A program made the translations under genes and the position numbers. Below, piece by piece: positions 47,240-59,960 of a stretch of 64,000 nucleotides of DNA. The notes under the pieces are model-generated. The model was not told the origin of the DNA and did no database searches. It was given only the letters and a program-made list of their open reading frames with translations. The stretch is from Leucoraja erinacea (lineage: Eukaryota). The stretch covers positions 29,512,001 through 29,576,000 of the forward strand of contig NC_073393.1 of the NCBI RefSeq assembly GCF_028641065.1, given 5' to 3'. Numbering within the stretch: position 1 is the first letter of the stretch; each line of letters starts with the position of its first letter.

Positions 47240-50051
47240 CAGTGGTTCTCAAATGGGGGTACGCGTACCCCTGGGGGTACGTGAAGGCACTCCAGGGGGT
47301 ACGTGAGATTTTAAAATATAGGCCTACATATATTTAAAAAGTAGCATCCATGCAAAAATCCTTTAAAAATAATTATTTAATAAATATTTCAGGAAAATAT
47401 AAGTAGGCTATTCAATTTCATTATCCTAAAAACCCAGAGTCTCCCCCATTCCAGGATGGTTCGACCCAACCTGTCATATGCCACCCGGCATCACCTGTCA
47501 ATCACAACTCAAACGATGGAGTCGTGGTTGAAGGTAGCAGCAATTCTTTTGAAAACACGGAGGGACAAGTGGCAAAGAAGGCCAAACCAGAGCCGGAAAA
47601 ATTCCGGCTGTATCTTGAAGATTATGTTTTAATTGGATTTACGTCCACAAGTTGCAACCCACCCAAGGCACTGTGTTTTTTCTGTGGGGAGAAATTAGCT
47701 AACAGTAGCATGAAGCCAGCACATCTGCAGCGTCATCTTAAGACAAAACATGGATGTCACGTTGGTAATCCACCTGACTTTTTTAAGAGGAAACTGTCTG
47801 AATTCAGATCATCTCAAGACATGATGCGGAAGGCCTCCACAACATCAGCCAAAGCCCTGGAGGCCTCTTATGCAGTGTCTTTGCTCGTAGCTAAAGCCAA
47901 GAAGCCATTCACTATTGCTGAAGACCTGCTCCTTCCAGCGGCTGTAGTGCTGGCTGAGACTATGCTGGACAAAAACGCAGCGGAGAAATTAAAGACTGTA
48001 CCGTTGTCAAATGACTCTGTTTGCCGCAGAGTAGATACAATGGGAACAGACATTGTCGAGCAAGTTGTGGGAAAACTTAACGACTCCTTTTCACTCCAGC
48101 TGGATGAATCCACAGATGTCAGTGGAAATGCACAACTTGTTGCTTTTGTGAGGTACGTTGATACTGACGACATTTATGAGCACATACTATTCTGCAAAAG
48201 TTTGAAGGGGAAAACAACAGGAGAGGACATATTTGATGTTGTCAATGCCGCTTTCTGTGAAAACGGTTTGCGCTGGAAATCCTGCAGCATCTGTACAGAC
48301 GCAGCAGCATCAATGACGGGCAGCGCGAAAGGACTAATAGCGCGCATTAAAACAGAAAACCCCGACGTGATGTGGACTCACTGTGTCATACACAGGGAGG
48401 CATTGGCGTCCAAGAAAATGAGCCCTGTGTTACATGACGTTTTGAACAGCAGCATCAAAGTGATCAACTTCATTAAGTCAAGGCCACTTAATGCACGCCT
48501 GTTTCGCCGCCTCTGCGAAAATATGGGAGCTGAACACACACAACTGCTGCTGCACACAGAAGTGCGCTGGCTCTCTCGAGGGAGAATACTCAACCGGCTG
48601 TTGGAATTAAGATCCGAAGTACACGCCTTTCTGATTGAGCACAGATCTCCCCATGCCACCTTGTTCCAGGACACAGACTGGCTTGCAAAGCTGTGCTATC
48701 TGGCAGATATATTCAGCAAACTGAACAAACTGAATATGTCTCTGCAGGGCAAGGACACCAGCATTTTAAACCTGCATGACAAGGTTTCCTGAAGAAAGCA
48801 GAGCTGTGGAGAAGGGCCTGCGCACAGGAGCATTTCACCTGCTTTCCTCAGCTGGATGATTTTCTCTCTAGTGAGGATGTGGACAGAGCTCCAGTCAAGT
48901 TGGTCATGGTGGGACATTTGACCAAGTTGATACTGGATTTTCATTCCTACTTTCCTGACATGGAGGAGAAATCTGCACAGCTGGATTGGGTGAGAAACCC
49001 ATTTCTCTTGTCCAAAGCAAACCGAAGCAAGCTCCCTGTCACCTATCTTGGAAGTGTCATCTGATCGTGGCCTCCAGATGAAGTTTGCCATGTTCACACT
49101 TACACAGTTTTGGGTGTGTGTGAAGCAGGAGCACCCTGACCTGGGACAGAAAGCTTTGGAGCAGCAACTACCCTTTGCCTCCACATATTTATGTGAGGCC
49201 TCCTTCTCTGCAATGACTGTGATCAAAACAAAGCAGAGAAACAGACTGTGCCTGGAGAAGAGCTTGATCACAGCAGTTGCCTCCCTGCCACCAAGAATGA
49301 AAAAGATCCTCAGTGAAGCACAAGCCCAAGTGTCTCACTAAAATGTCTCACTAAGTGCAAAAACACTCAGTTCAGTGCAACAATGCAATATTCAGTGTTG
49401 ACAGTTTGTAATGTTAAGATGTCAGTCTTCTTTTTGATTCTTAAAAAGATATTTTAAGATGATAAATATTTTTATTTTTTATTTTTAGCAATTTCTGCTT
49501 TTATTTAAAATTAAGTTAATGATTTCTTTTTGAGCACAGATCTTTACTATGATCCCAAAAGAGGACACTTTATGTTGATAATTATTTTTATGTGCACAAA
49601 TCTTTATTTATAATTAAGTTAATTATTTCTTTCTTTTTTTTAGTTATATCTTTTTATTTCCAAATAGTTCAAGAGAGACCACTACAAATGAGCAGTGTTT
49701 TGCACATTTATGGAGTTTTAAATGGTTCATTTTATAGTTTTAAATGGTTATATGGTCACTGTTTTCACTACATTAGTTTGAATCACTACATTTTAGTGAT
49801 GAGAAATATTTGCAATAAATTTAGTCATGGATTATTAACATTTAAAATGTTCGAAATAGTTTTTTTTCAAATGTTTGAATTTTGTATGTGTTTATCAGTT
49901 CCAAAGTTTAATAAATCAGACACTGATGGCACAGTGCTCTGTTTTAAGTCTTTTTTTTTCAACCAAAAATGCTTTGCGCTGGTTAGGGGGTACTTGGCTG
50001 AAAAAATATTTCACAGGGGGTACATCACTGAAAAAAGGTTGAGAACCACTG
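47240..50051 (+). mobile_element. Full-length hAT (Charlie/Buster group) DNA transposon, 2812 bp
   Basis: 13-bp TIRs CAGTGGTTCTCAA / TTGAGAACCACTG, perfect 8-bp TSD CTCTAATA (47232-47239, 50052-50059), GGGGTAC subterminal repeats and an internal transposase. Confidence 0.96.
47516..49341 (+). pseudogene. Frameshifted hAT transposase (ZBED5/ZBED8/SCAND3-like)
   Basis: BED-type finger CFFC...HLKTKH, catalytic motifs FSLQLDESTD, CTDAAASM, HCVIHRE, EVRWLSRG and C-terminal PFASTYLCEASFS. Frameshifts at ~47532, ~48785 and ~49047. Confidence 0.92.
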
Positions 50052-50242
50052 CTCTAATACTTCCTCTGTTTTAGATAGATCCAGCTCTGTGTACAATGGA
50101 GTAATGTGACACTTTGTTAATCAATTCACTGCACACTCAGAACAATGAGCCTTTTATTTACACTGTCATAATTGAGATGTTATGTGCATCGTTAAAGTAA
50201 AGACTAAGTTATATATGGGACAGCAATGAAATGGTAATTAAT

Positions 50243-50551
50243 GGATGGTGGTGCAGCAGTAGAGTTGCTGCCTTACAATGCCAGAGACCTGGGTTTGATC
50301 CTAATCACGGGTGCTGTCTGTACAGAATTTCTGACCGTGTAGGTTTTTTTCTGGGTGCTCTGCTTTCCTCCCACACTGTAAAGGCATCCAGGTTTATCGG
50401 TGAATTGGCTTCGGTAAAAATGAGAAATAGTCCCTTGTATGTGCGAGTGTAGGGGGTTCACTGATTCCTGCGGACTGTGTGGGCCGAAGGGGCTGTTTCC
50501 GCATTGTATCTCTAAATTAATATAAACTAAATTAAACTAAACTGAACTAAA
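50243..50551 (+). mobile_element. V-SINE (HE1-like)
   Basis: A/B boxes, V-domain and (ctaaa)n tail. Confidence 0.8.
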
Positions 50552-51136
50552 AGTGCTTGGTTTTGATGTCCATGTGTGGTTCTAGGTTCACTCTCATAGT
50601 TTATGCCACCATCAGCATTGCTTGATTTAACCTTTGCCTTGAATCAGAAATTGAATAGCGATATATTGCAAAAAAGCCCAGCAGTGCTTATTCTGGAGGC
50701 CACCGGAGCTGTTATTGATGGTTGCACGTAATTGAGTGATCTCAGGGTCTTTTGCTTCAATCAGTACTGACAACAAAAACAAACACACGAGCAGGCACTG
50801 GGCATTTACACAGAACACCATTCCTTCTTGCACAGCGTTTAAAATCTATTGAACACCTTCACAAGAAATTAATTAACTCCTCCGTTGAATTTGAAAACAC
50901 CATACAGCAATGCAAATGAACACCCTACAATTGCGTGCACACCATCACTATCAAATCTCATTTGTTTGGACTGAATGGCACCAAGTTTTGTTGCAAACTG
51001 CTTTGATGTATATAATGTTATACTGACTGTATATTATTGGTACTAGTTTGGGGATATTGTTGGACATTCAGCACTGATTTATTTTGATAATTTATCAGCA
51101 CATTAATGTCAAGACAAATCAGATATGGACATATTC

Positions 51137-52842
51137 TTTTCTTCGGTATTCACCAAGGAGAAGGATATTAAATTATGTGAGGTAAGGGAAACTAGTAGAG
51201 TAGCTATGGATACTATGAGTTTCAAAGTAAAAGAAGTACTGACACTTTTGAAAAATATAAAAGTGGATAAGTCTCCAGGTCCTGACAGGATATTCCCTAG
51301 GACATTGAGGGAAGTTAGTGTAGAAATAGCCGGGGCTATAACAGAAATATTTCAAATGTCATTAGAAACGGGAATATTCCCCGAGGATTGGCGTACTGCG
51401 CATGTTGTTCCATTGTTTAAAAAGGGTTCTAAGAGTAAACCTAGCAATTATAGACCTGTTAGCTTGACTTCAGTGGTGGGCAAATTAATGGAAAAGATAC
51501 TTAGAGATAATATATATAAGCATCTGGATAAACCGGGTCTGATTAGGAACAGTCAACATGGATTTGTGCCTGGAAGGTCATGTTTGACTAATCTTCTTGA
51601 AATTTTTGAAGAGGTTACTAGGGAAATTGACAAGGGTAAAGCAGTGGATGTTGTCTATATGGACTTTAGTAAGGCCTTTGACAAGGTTCCTCATGGAAGG
51701 TTGGTTAAGAAGGTTCAACTGTTGGGTATAAATGCAGGAGTAGCAAGATGGATTCAACAGTGGCTGAATGGGAGACGCCAGAAGGTAATGGTGGATGGAT
51801 GTTTGTCGGGTTGGAGGCAGGTGACTAGTGGGGTGCCTCAGGGATCTGTGTTGGGTCCTTTGTTGTTTGTCATGTACATCAATGATCTGGATGAAGGTGT
51901 GGTAAATTGGATTAGTAAGTATGCAGATGATACCAAGATAGGGGGTGTTGTGGATAATGAAGAGGATTTCCAAAGTCTACAGAGTGATTTAAGCCATTTG
52001 GAAGAATGGGATGAAAGATGGCAGATGGAGTTTAATGCTGATAAATGTGAGGTGCTACACCTTGGCAGGACAAATCAAAATAGGACGTACATGGTAAATG
52101 GTAGGGAATTGAAGAATGCAGTTGGACAGAGGGATCTGGGAATAACCGTGCATAGTTCCTTGAAGGTGGAATCTCATATAGATAGGGTGATAAAGAAAGC
52201 TTTTGGTATGCTAGCCTTTATAAATCAGAGCATTGAGTATAGAAGCTGGGATGTAATGTTAAAATGGTACAAGGCATTAGTGAGACCAAATCTGGAGTAT
52301 GGTGTACAATTTTGGTCGCCCAATTATAGGAAGAATGTCAACAAAATAGAGAGAGTACAGAGGAGATTTACTAGAATGTTGCCTGGGTTTCAACAACTAA
52401 GTTACAGAGAAAGGTTGAATAAGTTAGGTCTTTATTCTCTGGAGCGCAGAAGGTTAAGGGGGGACTTGATAGAGGTCTTTAAAATGATGAGAGGGATAGA
52501 CAGAGTTGATGTGGACAAGCTTTTCCCTTTGAGAATAGGGTAGGTTCAAACAAGAGGACATGACTTCAGAATTAAGGGACAGAAGTTTAGGGGTAACATG
52601 AGGGGGAACTTCTTTACTCAGAGAGTGGCAGCGGTGTGGAATGAGCTTCCAGTGGAAGTGGTGAAGGCAGGTTCGTTGGTATCATTTAAAAATAAATTGG
52701 ATAGGCATATGGATGAGAAGGGAATGGAGGGTTATGGTATGAGTGCAGGCAGGTGGGATTAAGGGAAAATAATTGTTCGGCACGGACTTGTAGGGCCGAG
52801 ATGGCCTGTTTCCGTGCTTTAATTGTTATATGTTATATGGTT
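51137..52842 (+). mobile_element. Young 5'-truncated CR1 LINE with open RT domain
   Basis: 472-codon open frame with KSPGPD, NYRPVSLTS, QHGF, DFSKAFD, GVPQGSVLGP and YADD. Premature stop at 52541-52543, (gttatatg)n tail and possible TSD ATATTC. Confidence 0.95.
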
Positions 52843-53386
52843 ATATTCAATTGTATTTAGACATGTCACCAGTTCTGTTCATAGGCACATACTTCCCAGT
52901 GACATTTCATATCTTAATTAGAAACCTAAAGATGTTCATCAAACTAATTCATTTTACTCAAAGTTTAAAGTCCAAAACAGTTAGATACTAGAAAGGGTAA
53001 AATTAAATCAGTCAGTCACCACTTCCCACTTTCCCAGTCCTGATGAAGAGCCCCAGACCAGACGCGTTAGTGTTTCTCTTTCTCTAGAAGCTGCATGACC
53101 AGCTGAACAGTTCCATGATTTTCTGATTTTATTTCAGGTTTACATCATCTGCAGTTTTTGATTGTTAATTTACTTTCAAAGTTCCTGCTCCTTCTCATCT
53201 CGTGCTGGAAAGGTTGTTTGTGGGCAACAGTGGAGAACGTTAAAGAAAACAACAAAGGCATGGTGATGCATGTTTAAATCTGGACAGATGTCCCTGGTGG
53301 TGGATATTGGAGGCTTTGGGGAAAGCTACTGAAGAAATCTATTAAAGATATCACTTGTTCCCATTCATATTCAAGATTCATTCTTA

Positions 53387-54256
53387 TGGGCCTGTCCCAC
53401 TTAGGCGATTTTTTAGGCGACTGCCGGCGACTATCAAGTTGCCGTCAGTCNNNNNNNNNNNNNNNNNNNNNNNNNNNNNNNNNNNNNNNNNNNNNNNNNN
53501 NNNNNNNNNNNNNNNNNNNNNNNNNNNNNNNNNNNNNNNNNNNNNNNNNNNNNNNNNNNNNNNNNNNNNNNNNNNNNNNNNNNNNNNNNNNNNNNNNNNN
53601 NNNNNNNNNNNNNNNNNNNNNNNNNNGTTACACAGGTGGGGGACAAGGCAAGCGGGGGGGGGGGGGGGGGGGGGGGGGGGGCTGTCTGTCTGAGTGAAAT
53701 TCACACGGTGCACAAACCCAATATGATACAAACCCACACCGTGATGAACAGGAAGGTTGGCGCTGTAATTAAGACGGCGAAAAGCACAGTGTACGGGAAT
53801 GGTCACGTAAGTCATTTTAAAGAGGGGGGAGAGGGAGGTGGGGGGGGGGGGGGGGGGGGACACAAGAGGAGGGAGAAGGGGGGAGAAGGAGTGGATACAA
53901 CTTTTAAGAAGCCAGAGATACACGGCTCTGAAGCTTGGTGGACATTAACATTACCGGTCGGTTATCCTTCGTTCTGAAAACTACGACTTACGTTTTTCTT
54001 TCTCAACGAGCCAATGGAATTCACTGGCAACAACTTACGAGAAACTACGCCAACCTTAAACCTCCTGGCAACCCACTACCACTGCACCTACGGCACGAGA
54101 ATTCTCACTACTCTCCATGGGGCTTTAGTCTGGTCGCCGCTAATTTTTTAACATGTTGAAATATTTGCGGTAGGTTTTGTAACAGACCTACAAACATGTG
54201 GCGACCGCATCGTCTCCTGCATTCGCCTAAAAAGTCGCCTAAGTGGGACAGGCCCA
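53387..54256. mobile_element. PIF/Harbinger-like non-autonomous element (contains an assembly gap)
   Basis: TIRs TGGGCCTGTCCCACTTAGGCGA / TCGCCTAAGTGGGACAGGCCCA, flanked by TTA / TCA. Confidence 0.85.
53451..53626. other. Assembly gap
   Basis: Run of N. Confidence 1.
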
Positions 54257-54689
54257 TCAGGATTTGTGTTGCTGGCAAAACCTCCTCTTCACCATAGTTG
54301 TTCTCAAGATGGTGATGGGAATCTGCCTCTCAAGCTACTTCAATCTGTGGAGTGAAGAACTTCCTATCATGTTGTTCCATCAAGAGATCTGGGATTAGAC
54401 TGATCAATAATGGTAGAAAATTGTGTTTGTGATCTCCTGCAACCATCATTCATGATAATGTGTTTGCGAAGAGCTGTCGAAGAAGTCTTGGTAACTTTTT
54501 ATGGTGCATCTGATGGGCTAATACACCCTGCTGCAACAGAAAACCACTGTAGAAAGAAGTAGATGTTTTAGGATGGTTGATAAAATTATGATTTATTTGA
54601 CTGTGTCAGGCTGACATCTTGGAATTGCTGTTCTTCAGGCAACTGCAAAGTATTCCATCATATCCATGACATGTGTCTTATTGGTGATA

Positions 54690-54921
54690 NNNNNNNNNNN
54701 NNNNNNNNNNNNNNNNNNNNNNNNNNNNNNNNNNNNNNNNNNNNNNNNNNNNNNNNNNNNNNNNNNNNNNNNNNNNNNNNNNNNNNNNNNNNNNNNNNNN
54801 NNNNNNNNNNNNNNNNNNNNNNNNNNNNNNNNNNNNNNNNNNNNNNNNNNNNNNNNNNNNNNNNNNNNNNNNNNNNNNNNNNNNNNNNNNNNNNNNNNNN
54901 NNNNNNNNNNNNNNNNNNNNN
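54690..54921. other. Assembly gap
   Basis: Run of N. Confidence 1.
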
Positions 54922-55706
54922 TTGGAATGTTGCATTGGGGGACCAGCCCTCCCGTGTGAAGCTGGGACCCAACGGTATACCCAGCTTAGTATATTACTTT
55001 GTCTGTGTGTGTGAGTGCGTGTGCATGATATTCAAAAACCCTGCCAAAATGGTACACGATAGCGCTACAATCTTTGGCCAACGTGCTCACCATTGTCCTG
55101 GGAGGTTGAGGAGTGGGAGAGCAGGGGGATAGAGGGAGAGGATGGGGGTAGGGAGGGGAGAGAGAGGGGATAGTGGGGGAGATGAGGAGTTGAGTAGGAA
55201 GAGTTGGGGGGGGGGGGGAGTGGATGGAGAGGGGGGGGGGGAGTGGGGGTGGTAGGGAGACGAGGGTAGTGGGGAGGTGAGGAGGGAGAGTGGGGGGGGC
55301 GGGATAATGGGGAGGGGATGGGCTGGGTGATAGAGGGACGGGAGGGGGGTAGGGAGGGGAGAGGGGTTATGGAGGAAGGGAGGGAGTGACTGAGGGTAGA
55401 GGAAAGGAGAGGGAGGGAGAGGTGAGGGATGGAGGATGGAGGAGGGAGGAGGAGAGGGGAAAGAAAAGGGAGGGTGAAGAGGAGGGGGTTGGGGTGCTAG
55501 GAGATGAGGGGTATTGGAGGAGGATAGGGGTAGGAAGAGGGATGGCGAGGCACAGTTTGGGGAGGGTTGCTGTGACTCGCATCGCAATGGAGATCACTGG
55601 CATCACAACCGGAGCCCCTCAGATGCGCCTGCACAGTTGGGGGCTATGGGTGAGTGGTGGAATATTGCCTTGGGGGACGGGCCCAACGGGTCCGCACCTG
55701 GTCTAG
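54922..55706 (+). mobile_element. Helitron-like element(s) with G-rich interior
   Basis: 3' end gggcccaacgggtcc...gtCTAG|t (hairpin plus CTAG at 55703-55706); a related 3' end (agctggg...cccagct-tag) at ~54960-54989. Confidence 0.6.
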
Positions 55707-56035
55707 TAAGATATAAAAGACCTTGATCAAATCACTTCTCAAACGACAGGCACTGTTTAAATCTGCTCTCCATATCTGTCTTAAAGCATTTTCAATTTCC
55801 ATTGTTCCAGCAGCCACTGAGTACTTTTGGATCATATTGCTTCTGCTGTGTTATTTATAGCAACACACTTATCCATCAAGGCACTTCAAAGTAATAACTT
55901 ACTTTCCTGGCAAGCCAGCATAAACTCAGCTAATGATGACGTACTCAAGAAATGTAGCATTTTTTTGTTGTTAGTCAAAGTTTTCCCCTTGACATATTTG
56001 GGGAAATTATGTGTACGCCCTAGAGCTAGGGATCA

Positions 56036-56338
56036 AGTTTAGAGATGCAGCATGGAAACAGGCCATTCTGCCCACCGAGTCCACACCGACCAGCGATCAC
56101 CCCAAACACTAGCACTATCCTACACACTCGGGACACTATACAATTTTATAGAAGCCAATTAACCTACAAATCTGTACATCTTTGGAGTGTGAGAGGAAAC
56201 CGGAGCATCCGGTGAAAACGCATGCGGTCACAGAGAGAATGTACAAACTCCGTAGAGACAGCGCCCGCAGTCAGGATTGAACACGGGTCTATGGCACTGT
56301 AAGGCTGCAACTCTACTGCTATGCCACTGTGCTGCCCA
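56036..56338 (-). mobile_element. V-SINE (HE1-like)
   Basis: Full-length reverse copy. Confidence 0.85.
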
Positions 56339-56729
56339 AAAAGGGAGTGAAAATGGGAGACGGCTATTTTTGCTTGTGAAGTTTAAGGTAGGTGTGCCAC
56401 ATCTGAAACATGAAAGGGCTGCTATGAGACCGCAGCAGAAAATAATGTTAATTAATTCCTTGTTAATATATGCCTCTTTAATAACAAAATTATGAAACAG
56501 AACCATTGCAAGTTGTGACACACTATCATGTAATTACACACATAATGACATTAATTTTTCATGGATTCCATACCAAATACTTGTATCAAATACATCTCAG
56601 ACCTGCAGGAATTAAAAGGACCACCTTTCATTCAAAGTTTCTCAGCTCAAAACAGAGAATCTCGAGCCACCCGTTCCAATGACAACACTACAATAAAATT
56701 CCGCTTGTCGTAAATTTATTTTGTTGTAA

Positions 56730-56890
56730 ATGGATATTGTTAAGGCAGAGATTAACAGATTCTTGATTACTAATGGGTGTCAAGGTTTATGGGGAGAAGG
56801 CAGGAGAATTTGGTTGAGAAGGAAAGGTAGATCAGTCATGATTGAATGGCTGAGTAGACTAGTTGTGCCGAATGGCCTAATTCTCCTCAA
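56730..56890 (+). mobile_element. CR1 3' tail
   Basis: ggtttatggggagaaggcagga...gccgaatggcctaattct. Confidence 0.7.
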
Positions 56891-57754
56891 CCATTGTTTT
56901 CTCAATTGACCAAATGCTGTGTTGCCACATCGAGGGAGATACTGAATCTCACCATTGATGATTGCCTTTGCAAGAGATATGGGAAGTTGTTTATATATTC
57001 CACGACATAGCCACAAACCTTTATTGTTAGAGGATGGTGTTGTGCAGTGGTGAGCAGATTGATTCCAGACCTTGGTCTTGCAAGTGTTGAATGTAACGTC
57101 AATTCTCTCACATTTATTGTTGGATGAATCAACAAGGTCCAGTGCTCATCTTTCAACTATGTGCCAATGCACGTGTAATTTGCGTGTGGCTGCAGGACTG
57201 CGGATGATTGGATGACTTTGTTCTGAAGTGTGGTCACTTTAGGGTTGAATGGTATCGGCATTTGTTCTGAAGATTAGCTCTAACTTGGTCACTGGAAAAT
57301 TGTGAAGGTGGCCGAGAGAGATTGAGAAAAAAAGCTGGAACAATGACAGCCTCATTTACACCGAACATCATTGAGGTTGGTTCTCTTGTAAACCCGTCGG
57401 TTAGACCCATCTTTTGCATGCCATCATGGAAAAAAAGGTAAGACTGAGACATATGTATATGATGAATTTGATGAGGCTGTGCCATAACTCCAACCAATTG
57501 ATGGAGTCAAAGTTAAAGTGAGGCCAAAGAAGGTGCTGCTCCTTGCATTTTTCTTGGAGTTCTTATGTGTTAAAGATCAGGTCCATCATAGTTCCAGATG
57601 GACTGAATCAGGGAACAGCTCTTTAAACAGTGGGAAGAAGTGTTTGCGTAGGGCCCTGATGATAACTTTCCTTGTCACCAGAAAGATTCCTCTGCAGTAA
57701 TCACAGTTTAACCTGCCTTTCTTGAAGATGATGATGTAATGGCATTGATTAATT

Positions 57755-58030
57755 AATTGGTTGATTGATTGGAAGATACAGGATGGAAACAGGCACTTTG
57801 ACCAACAGAGTCCCCACTGACCATTGATCACCCATTCTTACTAGTTCTATGTTATCCCACTTTCACGCCCACGCCCTACGCAATTTACAAAGACCAATCA
57901 ACCGACAACCTGCACAGCATGGGGAAGTGGGAGGAAACTGTAGCATCTCTGTGGTCATAGGGAGAATGTGAAAACTCCACACAGACAGCACCGAGGTCAG
58001 GTTTGAAACCGGGTCTATGGTGCTGTGAGG
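57755..58030 (-). mobile_element. V-SINE (HE1-like)
   Basis: Reverse copy, diverged. Confidence 0.7.
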
Positions 58031-58199
58031 CTTCTCGGATACTCCCTGCTATATCCTGCAATATGAAATGGACAATGAGACTGTGCATATACAACTGAAA
58101 TTGTCACCCAATACTTTGTGTTTACTAACCAAAAGTGCCAATTCTAACTTCTTCGGGATATCTACACATCTCCAATACTTGGAAAGTTACTCTACTACA

Positions 58200-59545
58200 C
58201 AGTAAGGCATTCAACAAGCTTCAGCATGGTAGGCTGTTCTGCAAGGATAGATCACATGGGATCTATGGAGAGATAGCTGAATAGATAGCAGATTGGCTTT
58301 ATGGAAGGAAGCAGAGGGTGATGGTGGAAGTTTGCTTCTCGGACTGGAGGCCTGTTACTAGTGGTGTGCCTCAGGTTTTGGTGCTGGGTCAATTACTGTT
58401 TGTCATCTACATCAATGATTTGGATGAGAACATACAGGGCAAGATTAGCAAGTTTGGTGATGATACAAAAGTTAGTGGTTTTGCTGATAGTGAAGATGGT
58501 TGTGAACAGTGGCGGACTGGCCAGGGTGTCAGCTTGCCCGATGGCAAGTGGGCTCCTGATGAAGTGATAGCAAGTGATGGCAAGTGGGCCCCTGTTAAAT
58601 GATAGCATTGTAGTTGTGGGTGGGCCCCCTTTGTCTCCTGGCAACCAATATTTTTAGACCCAGTCCGCCACTGGTTGTGAAAGATTGTAGCAGGATCTGG
58701 ATCGATTGGCCAGGTGGGCTGAGGAATGGTTGATGGAATTTAATACAGAGAAGTGTGAGGTGTTGCATTTTGGGACATTTAACAAGGGCATGACCTTCAC
58801 AATAAATGGTAGGCCTCTGGCGAGTGTTGTAGAACAGAGGGATCTATGAGTGCAGGCGCATGGTTTCTTGAAGTTCGAGTCACAGGTAGATAGGGTGGTC
58901 AAAAAGGCTTTTGGCTCATTGGTCTTCATCAGTCAGAGCATTGAGTATAGAAGTTGGGAGGTCATGTTACAGTTGTATAAGACTTTGGTGAGACCGCATT
59001 TAGAATATTGTGTTCAGTTCTGGGCACCATGTTATAGGAAAGATATTGTCAAGCTTGAAAGGGTTCAGAAAAGATTTATGAAGATGATGCCCGGTCTAGA
59101 GCTATAGGGAGAGGTTGAGTAAGCTTGGTCTCTATTCGTTAGAGTGCAGGAGGATGAGGGGTGATCTTATAGAGGTGTACAAAATCATGAGAGGAATAGA
59201 TCGGGTAGATGCACTGAGTCTCTTGCCCAGAGTAGGGGAATCGAGGACCAAATGACATAGGTTCAAGGTGAAGGGGAAAAGATTTATTAGGAATCTGAAG
59301 GGTAACTTTTTCACACAAATGGTGGTGGGTGTATGGAACAAGCTGCCAGAGGAGGTAGTTGAGGACGGGACCATCACATCGTTTAAGAAACAATTAGACA
59401 GGTACATGGATAAGACAGGTTTGGAGGGATATGGACCAAGTGCAGGCCCGTGGGACTAGTGTAGCTGGGACATTGTTGGCCAGTGGGCAAGTTGGGCCAA
59501 AGGGCCTGTTTCCACACTGTATCACTCTATGACTCTATGACTGTG
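58200..59545 (+). mobile_element. 5'-truncated degenerate CR1 LINE
   Basis: WRPVTSGVPQ...YINDLDE...LYKTLVRPHLEYCVQFWAP...FFTQMVVGVWNKLP with an (actctatg)n tail. Confidence 0.92.
58507..58673. mobile_element. 167-bp hAT MITE nested in CR1
   Basis: 14-bp TIRs CAGTGGCGGACTGG / CCAGTCCGCCACTG; 8-bp TSD GTTGTGAA (58499-58506, 58674-58681). Confidence 0.93.
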
Positions 59546-59554
59546 ATTAGCAGG

Positions 59555-59960
59555 TGTAGGAAGGAATTGGTTTATACTAATGATAAACACAAAATTCTGG
59601 TGTAACTCAATGGGCCAGGCAACATCTCTGGAGAAAAATAATAGGTGATGTTTCAGGTCGGAACTCTTCAGACTGAATGTAGAGGTGGGGTTGGAAGAAC
59701 AAATTCCTGGCAGGCAATAAGGCGGAGCCCATAATGATCCATTGTTGACTGGGGAAGGTGTGATAACAAGAGATATACAAGGATGTGAACAGTGGAACTG
59801 GAAGTACGGCTAGGGTATGTGAAGGGGGGAGAGGCAGGAGAGAGAGGAGGGGAAGGAATGGAATGCATGAGTTACTTTAAATTAGAGAAATCACTGTTCA
59901 TGCCACTGGGTTGTAAACTGACCAAGTGAAATATGAAGTGTTGTCCTCCAAGTTGCATCT
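59555..59960 (-). mobile_element. Penelope-like 3' fragment
   Basis: Reverse similarity to 11850-12187. Confidence 0.7.

Noticed and set aside
47524-48792. Domesticated ZBED/SCAND3-like host gene
   Set aside because: It lies within intact TIRs and a TSD and is frameshifted, so it is a transposon copy.
53355-55726. ORFs spanning N runs and Pro/Gly-rich ORFs
   Set aside because: Artefacts of gaps and low-complexity G tracts.
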